A stretch of 64,000 nucleotides of DNA from contig NC_087447.1 of assembly GCF_036321535.1 (NCBI RefSeq), forward strand, positions 43,712,001-43,776,000. The letters run 5' to 3'. Origin of the DNA: Camelus dromedarius. Lineage: Eukaryota. Within the stretch, counting starts at the first letter, position 1, and each line of letters starts with the position of its first letter. Below the pieces are notes generated by a model. That model made no database searches, was not told where the DNA came from, and worked only from the letters and a program-made list of their open reading frames with translations. Position numbers and translations under genes: made by a program. Positions 1-12,720 of the stretch are shown piece by piece.

Positions 1-170
1 CATCTTGCTTGATCCTCATAAAGCCTGTATGTGGTAGGCACTATCATTTTCCTTATTTTAGAGATGAAGAAATCCAGGATTTGAGGTAATCTACGTCATC
101 ACATAGCTAGTAAGTGTGGCTAAGCCAAGAGCCCAATCTGGGCTTTATTTCAAACTGCATGTTCTTAATG
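1..170. mobile_element. MIR SINE fragment
   Basis: TTGATCCTCATAA...CTATCATTTTCCTTATTTTAGAGATGAAGAAA...GTCATCACATAGCTAGTAAGTG. Confidence 0.65.
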
Positions 171-1699
171 GAAACAGGACACAGTCCCCCATCCCCCAAA
201 GGCTGTGAAACAAGGTCTCTTTTCTGAGCAAATGCTTCCCCTCCAGCTCTGTGCCTTCTTGACCATCGGCATCCACCTCATTGCCCCAAAACACAAAGAT
301 TCAGTCTTGCTCCAATGCCCTCTTGGGCTGGTCCAAGGACAAGGTCTCCTAGCCCCCTACCAGGTCACACCTCATCCTCTTCTGCTGGAACCTCCCTCTC
401 TGCATGGGAAAATAAAAGAGACAGAGTATTTCCACCTTCAAAAACCTGGGCTAAGAAAAACCTGCTCTCCAAGCCACCCCGGCTTAAGGAAGCACATAAG
501 AAGGGGTGGGTGGGCCAGGCAGATGGGAAGTACTGGAGACTGGGGCGGGAGTCCACTACATCACCACAGGGACTGATGGAAAGGGAGGGCCTTGATGGAG
601 TCAGAGGAAGTGCGTGGGAATCAGAAGAGGACATTGGGGTACCAGCTCAGAAAAGGCAAGGAGTATACCTGGGAGCTCATCAGAGTGGATACAAATGATG
701 AAACTAAAAAGGCAAGTTGAGGTTGGGTTAAAAATGTCTTAAAGGCCAAACAGGCAGAAAAGCCTGGGTCTTCTTGTTCAGACTAAGCGCAAGTCCTTGG
801 GCATGGGTTGGGTCAGGTTCACAGGATGAAAAGGGATTTTTCTTTAAAGAGCATTTTAAAAAGAAGAATCTGGCAGTTGTGTTTCAGGTAGACAACAGGA
901 AGGTACTGATTATACTGCCTTTGATACATTCATTACTTCGTACTTTGTCTTTTGGTTTTTATTTTCTTTTTAATGCTCCTTAAACTTCTAAAAGTGGAAG
1001 AAAAATATGTTTTATTTGAGTCATCCTCGGGGGATCTGAAGTCTCCTTGCTTCGAGTCTCCCTCAGGAGACTTCAAACTGTCCACAGAGGCCAGAGCTCA
1101 CAGCCTGGGTCTCAGGGACAGAAAGGGCTTTCTCACACTGCATTATGTGCAGAATTAGTTCCGCCACAGACAGAACTTCTGCACAAGGTGCAGAGGCACC
1201 ACATCTATCCCAGCGGCTGGGACATGACACCTACGGTCCCAGGCACATCGTGGCTGGAAGCTCTCCTGGGTAAAAATCTTCATTTGGATACAGGCAAATA
1301 AAGAGTAAGCGGTGGGAAGTGCACTTCTCACCTGTTTCCTCCAGGAAGAGGTCCTTTTTCAATCCTTAAGACAATGGATGTAAACCTTTGTCAAAATGTC
1401 TGGTCACCTCACCGTGCTCTCAGGTGGCTGCAATGCCCTCATCCCGGAAACTGAGCAGGGGCTGAGCACACTCAGGATTTCTGCTGGGTTCTAAACTCAT
1501 AATTTTCTAAATAGTTGGCTGGAGAGATAAGGAAAGAGAACTGGACTGGGAGACAGAAAACAGGGTTCAACATGAATAACCGTGAGGTCCTGAGCCTTCT
1601 CTTGGGCTTTTTTAAATGAGGGGTTTGTACGTGTTGATCCCAACAAGCCCTCAGGCTCTCTAATTTGGTTCATTTGCCTCACTTTTCACAACACAGCTC

Positions 1700-2205
1700 A
1701 CCAGACGCCACATCACAGCTAGAGTAATTTTCTCAAAATATGAATTGGATCCCCCCCAACCATGTATCTCATGCCACTCCCCTGCTACGAGTCTCCCATC
1801 ACACAAACCACATCACCCACAACCCTTACCGCAGCCTTCGCTGTCCTGTGTGATCTGGTGTCTGCCCGTGTCTCCCCTCCATTACTGAGCTCAGACACAT
1901 GGTTTTCTCCCCATTTTTCACCTAACTCACTCCTACTTTTTCAGGTTTCAGTGAAGTGTTACTTCCTCAAAGAAGGCCTCCTGACCATTCCTTCTCAATC
2001 AGTAATAGCCCTGAATGATACAACTGACAGCTCCTCTTCCTGGCTGCACTTAGCAACTTGTAAATTTCAGGTTTTATTTACTGGGACTGTTGACCCTCCA
2101 CCCTCCAAGCATTAGACGGAAAATCCACAAAAGCGGAGACTGGTTCTCCTTTGCTCACCCTTGGACACCCAGCACCTGGAACTTGATAAATATTTGCTCA
2201 ACGAG
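1700..2205. mobile_element. L2 3'-end fragment
   Basis: TGTTACTTCCTCAAAGAAGGCCTCCTGACC...CCCAGCACCTGGAAC...TAAATATTTGCTCAACGA. Confidence 0.55.
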
Positions 2206-3070
2206 CTGCAGAGGTCACACGCAAAAGCCAGCAGGCTCAATGTTTGGGCACTGGGGTCAGGGACCTTCCGAGCCGGCCACTTCCTGTCCCTCCTGTTCTT
2301 CTACAGTTACAATGTCAGATCTCTTATCTGTCAGCTGCTTTTGCCCTTCCTGCTTCTAAAAACATTCAGCCTCAGCATGAAAATACATGGAGACCCAGCT
2401 TCACCAGGTCAAAGCTAGTGACAATCGAGGAAAGAGCCTGAGTTCTTTGAGTGCAGATGCTACCGCAGCCCCCAAAATCATTCACTCTTGCTCACTCCAC
2501 ACACTCATGCTCATCCCCTAAAGAGTGGGCAGGAACAACTTGCAGCCTAAACCCACGGCCTCTGAGAAGCAGGCAGAAGAGGATTCCCGAGAGCCTTCCC
2601 CGGAAACGCGGCAGCTCCTTTGGCTGATAGCAGACTAATCTCCACAGCGGACAACTTCCGAGCAGAGGAGAAGCTGAACAACTTCTGAACCCAGGGCATC
2701 TGAAAGGCAGCAGCTTCCTTTCTGCAACCTCAAAACCAAAAACCGGTGGACACCTTTTTCTGGTCACGGTGTTTGGAGCCTCCAACTATTCAAATGCCCA
2801 AAGTTAAAACCATGAACTTTTTCCCCACTTCATTCTGAGCCTTTCTGCACAGAGGCTCATTCATCAGAATGTCAGAGGAGCAACAAAGACAGCTGACTGT
2901 CTTCTCCCCTCATGTCTATAATTAGATTCTCATGGAGAACTTGGCCACAACAGAGCTTTGCCGGACAAACACCTCCCCCAACAAAACACACGCGCGCCCG
3001 CACACACTCCCAAGTGTCTCTCCCCTCACTCATCTCCACGGAGACCCACACAAAGCAGCCAGTCACTTAC

Positions 3071-3118
3071 CCTCTTCAGCCACGCGAAATGCTTGTAAAC
3101 ATCAATGTCTCCATCCAT
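3071..3118 (-). CDS. PPFIBP2: Candidate alternative first coding exon of PPFIBP2: MDGDIDVYKHFAWLKR
   Basis: ATG in strong Kozak context (AGCATGG) with an in-frame upstream TAA at 3142-3140. 16 codons end at a near-consensus donor AGG|GTAAGT in phase 0, the same phase as the end of exon 3. Confidence 0.72.
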
Positions 3119-3139
3119 GCTGGGCACCCATGTCAGCAG

Positions 3140-3454
3140 TTAAGATTCCTTGGTTGAAAAAAAGCCCTTTTTCTGGCCAGAGACCAAATTCTCTCCTCTT
3201 CCTTGCCCCCGCCCCCTCCCTCTCAGAAACGTCAAGCTGTGTTCAAATTTCCCCACTTCCCTGGCCCGTGTCCTCCAGCCTTTCCCTAAACAGTTTCAGA
3301 GACAAGGCGGCTCAGACCAGACCGTGCGGCTCCTGTATCCACCCCCACCGCCCCCGGACACACACAGGCACCAACTCAGGGACGCAGAGCCTGCGGAGCC
3401 AGGGGACCTAGCAAAAGGGGGTGGGGGAGGGAGACAGACTTGGACAGGAGTTGT

Positions 3455-3491
<37 letters not shown>

Positions 3492-4100
3492 GGAACATTC
3501 TTTTCGGTGATAATACCAGAGCCTGCCAGAGGGAAACGGTCCTGAAGAAAATTCCTCGTCTGGCTTTTCCCTTCTGGAGTGGCTGGAACTCATTACAGAG
3601 AGACCCCGGTTTCCTGTCTCTGCTCCACTCTGCATTTACCCACAGGCTCCCAGCTGCTCTCGGTTTATTTGGGACTGGGGAGAAGACTAAAAATAAGTGC
3701 TGGTCTTGGAGGAGCTGCTGGTTCCCACACACAGTCTGCCCCCCACCACCCAGCAGCCCACACCTACCCCCTTTTCCGGGCCAGCGTCAGGCTGTGCCCC
3801 GAGGGAAGCCTGTTGTTGCCAAAAAAGACCAGATCCCCAACCAGCTTCAGTCTGGGTTTTGGGCCCTCCTGGGCGGTGGCCGTCCTGGGTGCTGGTAGCA
3901 CTGACCACTGCTGCCGCCTTGGAGACATCTGCAGCCAGCCACCGCCACAGGGCTCCCGGGGGCCATATTCTGCATAGGGACGGATGGGCACAGCTTCTGT
4001 CAAGTCTCAGGTCTGCCTCGCTGGCTGGCTGTCCCCACTCCAGACTAGCTGCTTCACAGGCCAGGCGAGGCCACCTTGCATGTGTGTCCGTGAGATTTAG
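3140..4100 (-). promoter_or_regulatory. Candidate internal promoter / 5'UTR region for the short PPFIBP2 isoform
   Basis: No recognisable interspersed repeat, locally raised CpG, GC boxes (CCCCGCCCCC near 3207, CCGCCCCC near 3348), (AC)16 at 3457-3489 and an extra donor-like GGG|GTAGGT at 3767. Confidence 0.45.
3457..3489. repeat. (AC)16 microsatellite
   Basis: Perfect dinucleotide run read directly from the sequence. Confidence 0.97.
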
Positions 4101-5520
4101 GGAGTGTTCCAGGTAGGAGCCTTGGGAAGGCAGTAACCCGCAGAGACAGGGAGCTGTGTCTGTCTTCCTATTGGCAGGTCACCTGCTGGTTTTGCAGGGT
4201 GGCCTCCCCAGCACTCTCCATGTGTTGCCCCCCCCACCTCCTCTGAGAGTTCCCCTAAAAACAGCTTTTCTCCCTTTCTCAACCCTTAATGCGTGGCCCT
4301 CGGAGGTGACTGATTATGAAAGCGGTCTTTGATGTGGGTGAGGTGGGAATTGTGGTTACATGCAAAAGCTCTGAGCTCTGCTGCCCTAAATGACTTGCAG
4401 ACGCACATCTTGTGACTATGTGGGTCTTCCCAGCACCCTCGGGGGCGGGGGGGTGGTCCCGGGGGGCTTCCTGGAACTCCCAGCCTGAGGAAAAAGCTCT
4501 GCTGGGTGTCAGCATGCCACTTAGCACGGCATCCACACTGTCCACTGCCCAGGAGCAAAGCCCAAGGACAAAGCAGACACGCACCGTCCCCAGCAGCCGG
4601 CCGTCCACAGGGATCACAGAGGCAGCTGGAGGAGTGCTCTGGGCAGCAGCTGGCATGAGAGGGGGAGTAAATTCCTGGAGACACACCCAGATCAGAGGCC
4701 AGAAAGGAAAAGCAGCCTCTGCTGCCCATGCCCTGAGCTCTAGAGCTGGCCTATGGCCTCTGGCCCAGTTCCAGACACTGTCTGGGGCCCCACCCGCCAG
4801 GGTTCCCTGCCCAGAACTAGGATAGGATGTGTCAGTAAAGATCACCTCTAAGGTTGCAGGGGTGGATAGGCCTCTTCTTTTTTTTTTTCCCTGTCTATAA
4901 AAACCTGGGAAAGTCAAACGAAGAATTCATTTGGTTAATACTCGTTTGCCCAGCCTCCAAGGCAACTGAAACTGACTTCCTGCCCTGAGCAAATAATTTC
5001 CACATGGTAGGCGGTAAAGGTGCTTCTGGGGCTCCGGGGAAGAAGAAGAAGAGAGAGAGGGGCTGATTTGGGGGCTGGACAGGGGGGAGGAAGGTATACC
5101 TTTGGAGGGGAGCTCGGCGCCCTTCAGTGGGCTCTGGTGTGAGAGGTGGTCAGAGGGCACCAGGCAGCAGCTCTGCTGACCCCCACCTGCCCGTGGGGAG
5201 CTGGCTCCTTGGCACCCACAGCCCTCCCCACTTCACCACCTGCCCTGTCGTACTGAGCCACACCTGTTTACATGTCTGCCCACTTCAGACTCTCCTCTGA
5301 TTTCCGTATCTAGCACAATTCCTGGCTCACAGAAAGAACATCAACGTTCTTTGAATCAAAGAATGAGGCTCAAATAGACTGGCAAGAAAAACCAAAAATT
5401 CTATTTGGAGAAAACGAGTCTTAGAGGTCTGCTTCCCCTGGGTAAAGATGCTCAACACAGGGAGGAAAGACAGGGCCAACTTCATCTATTAGTTCAACTC
5501 ATGTGTGTTGAGTGGGGTCC

Positions 5521-5586
5521 GGGGCAAAGGAAAGGGAGGAGAGGAGGGGGGAAAGGGAGGGGAGGAGGGAGGGAGGGAGGGAGGAA
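5521..5586 (+). repeat. Polypurine (GGGA-rich) low-complexity tract
   Basis: About 65 nt almost entirely G/A, ending in (GGGA)n. A similar tract lies at about 6749-6806. Confidence 0.9.
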
Positions 5587-6937
5587 CCCAGACAAGTTGC
5601 AGCTAAATTCCTGACATGTTTTTATGGTATCCTCAAGTAGCGATTCTGACCTCAGCCTTTTCGAAACCCCTAAGTAAATTTTATGTCTGTTGTCATTCAT
5701 CTCAAAAATCTACCAAATAGCACTCCAGAGGACTAGGAGCAGGGCATGTGAGATGTGACAGATACAGGGACAACGGGCACCTTTTCACTCACTCAGCCCC
5801 AGGCGGCAGCTGGCCCGGGCTGGTGAGGTGAACCCCCAGCTGCACCCCTCGCTCAGAAGGCCATCCGGGCCAGGGGCTCCTCACGGTGGGCCAAGAGGGG
5901 CTTCGGGGATCAGACGGCTCTTGAATATGTTCATAAAATGTATACAAAGCACTACTGGTAGGTATACATCTCTTTTTCTCCAAAAGAGTTTTTATCTGAT
6001 TATCAATATGATGCATGACTCACAAAAGATTAGAAAGCGGGGGTTTTATCTGGCCTAAGCAATTACTCCGAAAGGTTTAGGCTGCCCTTAGTAAAGTGGG
6101 TGGGGGTGGTCCTGCTTCTACTGTACTACTGCCCCCATGACGTCAAGTCTCAGGGACTCCCTGGATTCGACGCTAAAGAGAGAAGTTTTCAGGAACCGCA
6201 CAGGGTACACCAATTGGGATGATCACAGTGACCCTACAGCCCTCAGAGCCTTCCCAAAAGCAACTCACATCGACCGGATTCAACTCATCACTGTCTGCAA
6301 CATGCGGCAGCCACCTGAGGGGAAAGGGCAGGTAACTGAGCACTTGCAGAATAAAAGCACAGCTAAGAGGCCAGAGTGGTCACGTCTGGGCAGGGGAACT
6401 CGTGCAGCCCACCTTCCTCCCCATTCCAGGGCCCAGGAGGGAACCCTGTCAACTTGGCTGGAATCCCAAATGTGTGGGCATTACTGGGGATGGAGTTCCT
6501 GCAATTTTGCTCCTCCTGCTGGCAGGGCTGCCAGAAGTCAGCAGCATCGAATCAGGCAGAATGGTGAGCTGAGAGAGGTCTGGCAGGTCATGGATCATTC
6601 ACGGAACTCTCGCCTGCATCCTGAGCTCCAGCTCAGTCTGGAGCACTGGCCTCTGGGCAGTGGTGGCAGGTGCCAGGACACCTCGAGTAAGTCAGAGACA
6701 GGCTTGGGTCCTTCAACAGGTATGCTACATGTGTAGTGGGCCTGCTGCTGAGGAGAGAGGGGAGGGAGGGAGAGGAGAGGGGGAGGAGGAGAGCAGAGGG
6801 GGAGAGCCAGCCTGAGGACACTGCTCCTCTGGACTGACAAGTCCAAGTCCTGCTTACAAAAAAGCATCCTGGCCACCACAGCCCAGGTCCCTATGGCACA
6901 CAAGCACAAAGACCCCCTTCCACAACAGGTTAACAAA

Positions 6938-7223
6938 AGGGGCGGCACCCTTTGCCTGTAAAGGGCCAGATGGCAAATGTTGTAGGCACTGCAGGCCATA
7001 TGGTCCTGTTAAGTCAACCCTGCCACTTGTGGTACAAAAGCAGCCCCAGCAGACGTGTAAACCAGCGAGGGTGGCTGGGTTCCAGCAACACTGAGTGAAG
7101 ACGGAAATTCAAATTTTCTATCATTGTCACATCACAAAATAGTCTTCTTGTGATTTCTCAAAGCCCATAGGGTGTAAGAAATAGGCAGCAGGCAAAATGC
7201 AGTCCACAGACTGCTGACCTCTG
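6938..7223. mobile_element. MER58-like hAT-Charlie DNA transposon fossil
   Basis: CTGTAAAGGGCCAGATGGCAAAT...GCAGGCCATATGGTC...AAAAGCAGCC...GCTGACCTCTG. Confidence 0.7.
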
Positions 7224-10200
7224 GGTGAGGATGCCACTTCCCTGCCTATCATGACACCCCAGGGCTGGAGGGCGTCCTTGTAAAAATGCACATGCTGACC
7301 CTGCAGGTTGGGAATGGGCCAAGACTGTGCAGTCACTAATAAGCTCCCAAGCAGTGCTCACCCTGCTGGGCTCAGGACCATACCTGAGGAGTAAGAGGTT
7401 AGGAAACCACTTTGAGAAGTTCCTTGGAGCACAGGGTACGGAGGTATCTGCCTGGAAGTATGAAACCCCTGCAGCCTGCCTGCCTGCCTGCTGCAGGCAG
7501 GAGGCCCGGTGTGTGTTACGTGCTCAGACCTCAAGTCATGCTAACCTAGCAACATCGCCCACCAGGTCCCCTGGGCCTAAAGCAGTAAATTTGGTGGGGA
7601 AGGATTTATTTGCTCTTTGACCAGTGTTTGCACATTCTTGGTCTTTTATAAACACTGGTTCTTAGGGACTGAAATAGTCTCAAGTCAGGTCTGAAAGGAG
7701 CCAGATTTCTAGAATTTAGGAGGTTTACAGGTTACTCAGAGTGAGGAACGGCGGGGTGGGGGAGGGGACAAAATCCAGGAAAGTGAAAAGGTGCTAAGTT
7801 TACAGCGGCTGAATTCTATACCAGGGGATACTGTACCAGGAGAAAACATATTCAAGATTCCCCAAGGTACTCCTCTAGGGCAGGGCCTGGCAGATGCGGG
7901 GTCAGGAAACGCCCCCAGCATTGGAGAGAGCCATCCTGATTAATAGCACAGCAGCAGAAGGCACTGGAATGAAGGGTGTTTGGAGAGGTGGTCTCACCTT
8001 TGATAATGGAAGGTCAAGTTTATGCTCCCAGGAGTGGCCCTCAGCCCTCTGGTCTCCCCTGACCACCAACAATGTAGGCCTCCCAGGCCTGCCTTTGTTC
8101 GCTGGGTTCCAAGGGAAATGGGGAGGAACGCTCTTTGCCAGCCGACTCAGGTGCACTGTTCAGCAGCTTCATTAATGAGAGGTGCTTCTGTCATCTTTCT
8201 AAGGTGGGAGGGAGCTATTTTTCTTGTATAAAGCCCATATTTTCTTCCTTGGGGTTCAGACTTTCAGCATTTGTCCCTGACCCCCACCTAGTGGCTTCCT
8301 CCAGTACTGCAGGGACAAAGACCTTCACATGAACAGTGCACCAGCCCCACCCAGGGCAGGAGTCCCGTCAGGGAAACAAAGTGCTGACACCTATGACTTT
8401 CTGGGCTCTCTCTTAAGTTCACACCTATGGGGGGAGGGCAAGAAACACATGCTGGAAATTGACTCATATAGGCTCTGCTTTTTTCTTCCCCCTTGAAAAG
8501 TAATCACCAAAATGTCCCCTTTTCTCTTTTAAGATCCAGAAAGATTTTCCTATCAAACTCCTGCCTGTAAATTTTCAAAATGATCACGTTCGACACGCAT
8601 ATACCGGATTGGTCTCTTGTTCCAGTCCCTAGATGGAGAACAGGATACAGAGACGATCGCAGGGTGTGAGAAACTCAAGCTTGGGGTTTATAATTCATTA
8701 AACGGTTTCTTCTCCCCACTTTTTTTGATACCTCCTCTGGCTTTTCAATATGGTGAACAGATTTGCTTCTCTGGCTGGAATGAACGATTGCAGGTTGAAC
8801 CTGGCGGGAATGCAGGGGCTTTGTTTAAGGAGTTGCAAGCTGAAGGAGCCACCATCTGTGACCAGGTAGCTGTGCACCCTCCTGGGCCCAGCCTATTTTA
8901 GCTGAGGGTGCCAGAACTGAGCTTACCTGTGACGGTCTATCTCCTAGATGGGGCCTCACTTCCCCGGACCAGCCAGGACCAACAGAGGCTGCCCATTCAG
9001 GGCATCCCGTGTCTCTGCTCCTGAGATGACGGCCTCGGCTGAGCCCTGACACTGACCGGGGCAGCTGCACCAAGAAAGAGGCTCCCTAACCTGTCTCCTA
9101 GGAAACCTAGAGGTTTAGACTGAGGAAGGCAAGGGCTGCTGCCTACCAGGGGGCCACTCTGTAGCCCCTACACCAACTGCAGGACTGAAACGTGTGGCCA
9201 GATCTCACAGATGGACAGACAGTCAACCCAGCTGTCATTTCCAGCAGTGAAACTGAGTCCCAGAGGATGGAAAAGAGGTTCATCCAGAGCCACCTGCAAA
9301 GGGCAGAGCCCTGGCTTTATACCTCATTCCGACCTCCCACACTGCCTCACTCTGGTTCGTTCCCTTCCATCCGCCCAAGCTTGCTGACTGGGACAACTGC
9401 AGCCTCACCGAGGGAAGCCTGGGTTCCTCTGGGAGGCCAGGTCTGCTCTGTGAACCCTGCTTCTGGAGAGAGGTGCAGGGTGCAGGGTACAGTCCCTCTG
9501 GAGGGTCTCTGCCAAGTTCTCCCCTCACCCTGGAGCCTGGGCTCTGCCCTGACTTGCCCGCACTCTGCTGTTCTGGCGGGATTTACCTGCCTTTTCTCAC
9601 ACTTCATCTTCAGCCCCTGAAGCCTCAGGACTCCACCCAAAATCCCCCTGACCTACATCTGAAGCCATCAGACAGCAGAACAGTCTGGCGCCTTATAGAT
9701 GAGTGCATGTACAGAGAAGCCCCCAGAGCTGCTCCATCTGGAGACCCCACTGGCTCATATCTCTGGGGCATCGCCCACGGACCTGCGTCACTGGTCCACC
9801 CCCCAGCCCTGCAGGGCCCGGTGGAAGCTAGCTGACCAGCCCCTTATGGGCTCCAGTCTCCCTGAGGGCTTCACCCCCCATGTCACAACAGGCCTTAGAG
9901 GCAGCTACAGGGACGGGAAAGAGGCAGCCCCCTTCTGGGTCTCAGTTCTGTTCCCCTCACAGCAGATACCACAGCCTTCCAACACGGGCCCCCACTGCGT
10001 GCTCCGCAAGCCCTTACCCTGAGCTTGGCCCTGTCTGCCAAACATCACAGAAGGTCACACTGCTCTGCTGTGCCACACGATAGTCCCACTGATGCTTCTG
10101 TGAACCCTGCCCACCTTGTACTCCAGGAACCTTTCCTATAGAGGGGCCCCAGCTGGAGCTCCCTGGCACTCCGACCTTCTCAGGATAAGCCCCAAGTTCA

Positions 10201-10963
10201 GACACAACGCTGAAACTGTGCCCTACAGAGTGACAGAAGCTGATGACTAACAGAAATTCTCGAGTGTGCCTTACAGAACAGATGAGGGAACAGCTTGTGA
10301 AAACCCCTTTGCTAGTAAACTGCCTTCATCAATGAAGTTCGCTTTAGTTTTTTTCTTTTTCCCTCCCTTTAACTGCATACCTCCCAGCTTCATACAGCCC
10401 AAGTTTTTTACAGGAACCCAGAGCAGGCTCCTGCCCAGCACAAGCCAGCTATGAGTTGGTTGGGACCACCGATCTTAAAACTGGGCTGGCGCAGGTGTCC
10501 AGTGAATGGCCTTTGACACACCTGGGGAAAAACCAACCCCCTGAGGATGGTGGAGCAGAAAGATAAGAAAGGCCAGAGCCCTTGAGGCCATCCCAGAGCC
10601 ACTGATTTAACCCTGGGATCTCTCATCCTCTGCACACCTTGTTAGTGACATAGAAACCTCCTTACAGTTTACACCATTTTACTGAGAAAAAATCTCAACA
10701 GAGGTGTCACAAGGCAGGGTTGGCCCACAGGCCAGCATACAACAAAGCAGTAACGGAGGTTTACGACCAAGGAGAACACACAGGGGATTAGGGTTCAGGT
10801 TAGGGTTAGAACACGCAAGGGACGCATAGAGACCATGAATGAAAAATGAGAAGGCTCTTGTCTGCCTGAGCCTTCAAGCTACCTTTTTAGTTCCAATTCT
10901 AAGTCACATGGGATTTTTTTTTTTTTTTTTTGGTAATGATTCAAGTGAGTCTCTGTGGTTTAA

Positions 10964-11111
10964 AGCAGCGCTTTGCCAACTTTAATGTGAATATGAATCA
11001 CCTGGAAATGGTTCAGTGGGGGTGGGGGGTAGTCAAAAATTATTTTTCCTTAAAGGCAAGATATTAGTGGATGCCAAAGCTGCTAGCCCATAGACCACAG
11101 TTTGAATAGCA
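10964..11111. mobile_element. MER5-like hAT fragment
   Basis: CTTTAATGTGAATATGAATCACCTGG...GCTGCTAGCCCATAGACCACAGTTTGAATAGCA. Confidence 0.6.
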
Positions 11112-11499
11112 ATGCCCTCTAACTACAAATACCAATGTAAGGCAATCTAAAATCAACCTAAAACAGTAGCAGTGGGTTTGTTCACTGCTTTGGATTCGAT
11201 TTCCATACGGATGAGACCTGCTTTAGAATGTGTATGGACCCAGATTGTAAGATGACTTTAAGTCTGCGAGACCTAAAATACAGACAGGCTGCCTCTGTCC
11301 AGAATCAAAACCTTAACACCCAGCCCTGGTAACTTGGAATGTTTATATGAACTTTTGACCTGCCTAAAAGTACACCATTCATAGGCTGCTGATGGCCATA
11401 ATTACTCCAGAAGATTTATGAATGCAACAACTTTTAGAAAAATCTCTCCAAGGTAAGCATTTCCCCAACCATTGTAAATAGCCCCAAGACAGACCTGTA

Positions 11500-12720
11500 A
11501 ATCTGAATGCAAGCTGTTTTCTGCAATGCATCTTGCAAAAACCAACAACCACACTGACTGCCTTTGGATCAAAAATATTCAAGAATCATTTTAGGTAAAT
11601 TATAAAAGTTAGATCCATATTTCAAACCACACAGTAGAAAGATTGCAGATGAATTCAAGTTAACCATAAGATACAAATCAAACTATAAATCTGCTGGGGA
11701 GAGCACACAGGTGAATATTATTTGATCTAAGGTCGGGAAGGACCTTTCTGGAAATAAAAGAAGAAATTCAAACTGGCAAGACTGAAAATTAATTACAATC
11801 CTCTTAAAGTCTTTGTCTCAAAAAAAAAAAAAAACACTATAAACAACATTTTAAAACACAGGAAAAGAAATGCCACAAAGCAAAAAGACTAGTCAAAAGT
11901 TACTTAAATATAAGAAAAGCACTAAATTCCTAACAGAGGTGGGGGAGGGGAAAGAGTATAGACTATTATTACCAGATCAGACTAAAGCAGGCACACCCAA
12001 AGGACTCAAGATGATCTCTGAAGTGTGTGGGGAGAAAATGTTAGAGCTATTTTTTTAACCTATTCTTTAAAAAAATCTCTATTTGGGGCTATATTTTATA
12101 ATTTACATATATTAGAACAATTCTCCATATATGAGTATGTATATATGGAGAATGAACTTTTTTTTTTCCAGGTAGGGAATGCCATCAAGTTTGGAGACCA
12201 TACAGAAGAATAGTAATCAACTAATGAAAAAAAAATGTTTTGTCTTCTTACTAAGCAAAGAAATGCAAAAATGATAAAATGAGAACATTTCTTCCTATGA
12301 AATTGGTACAAAGCTGTTTTTTTAATCTTAGTGTTTGTTGTTGATCAGGTTGTACCTCAAACCCTGCCAATTAAAATATAAATGGGTAAAATCTTTCTGA
12401 AAAGTGGTTTGGAAAAGTGGCTTAAAGAGACTAATACCTCTGATCAGAGTTGCCAGATTTAGCAAACTGCATGAAATATACTTATTAAAAAGTATTCATT
12501 ATTTATCTAGACTTCAAACTGGACTCAGCATTCTGTATTTTGTCTGTGAACCCTACTCTAACTATTAGTCTGCTGTTAGGACTCTAACTGAAGGAAATAT
12601 TTAGAGATAAGGACAAATACTTCTGGACAAGGACATTTCCTGCAGCAATGCCATATATTAAAGACTAAAAATAATCTAAATGGCCACATAAATTCAGGCA
12701 CGTCTATACAAGGTAAAAAT
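11500..12720 (+). mobile_element. Highly diverged L1ME-like fragments with a small hAT (MER53-like) insertion at about 12445-12555
   Basis: AT-rich degenerate L1 ORF2 3' motifs. CAGAGTTGCCAGATTTAGCAAA resembles the MER53 terminus. Confidence 0.5.

Noticed and set aside
1015..1077. Apparent peptide repeat FESSSGDLK / FESPSGDFK with mostly third-position differences in plus-strand ORF 952..1158
   Set aside because: The ORF starts at TTG, is antisense and intronic, and has no evident exon structure. The local inverted and direct repeats or chance explain it more simply. A PhyloCSF check would settle it.
4870..4905. Polypyrimidine tract followed by TATAAAAA on the plus strand
   Set aside because: No associated exon or other support; cannot be distinguished from low-complexity sequence.
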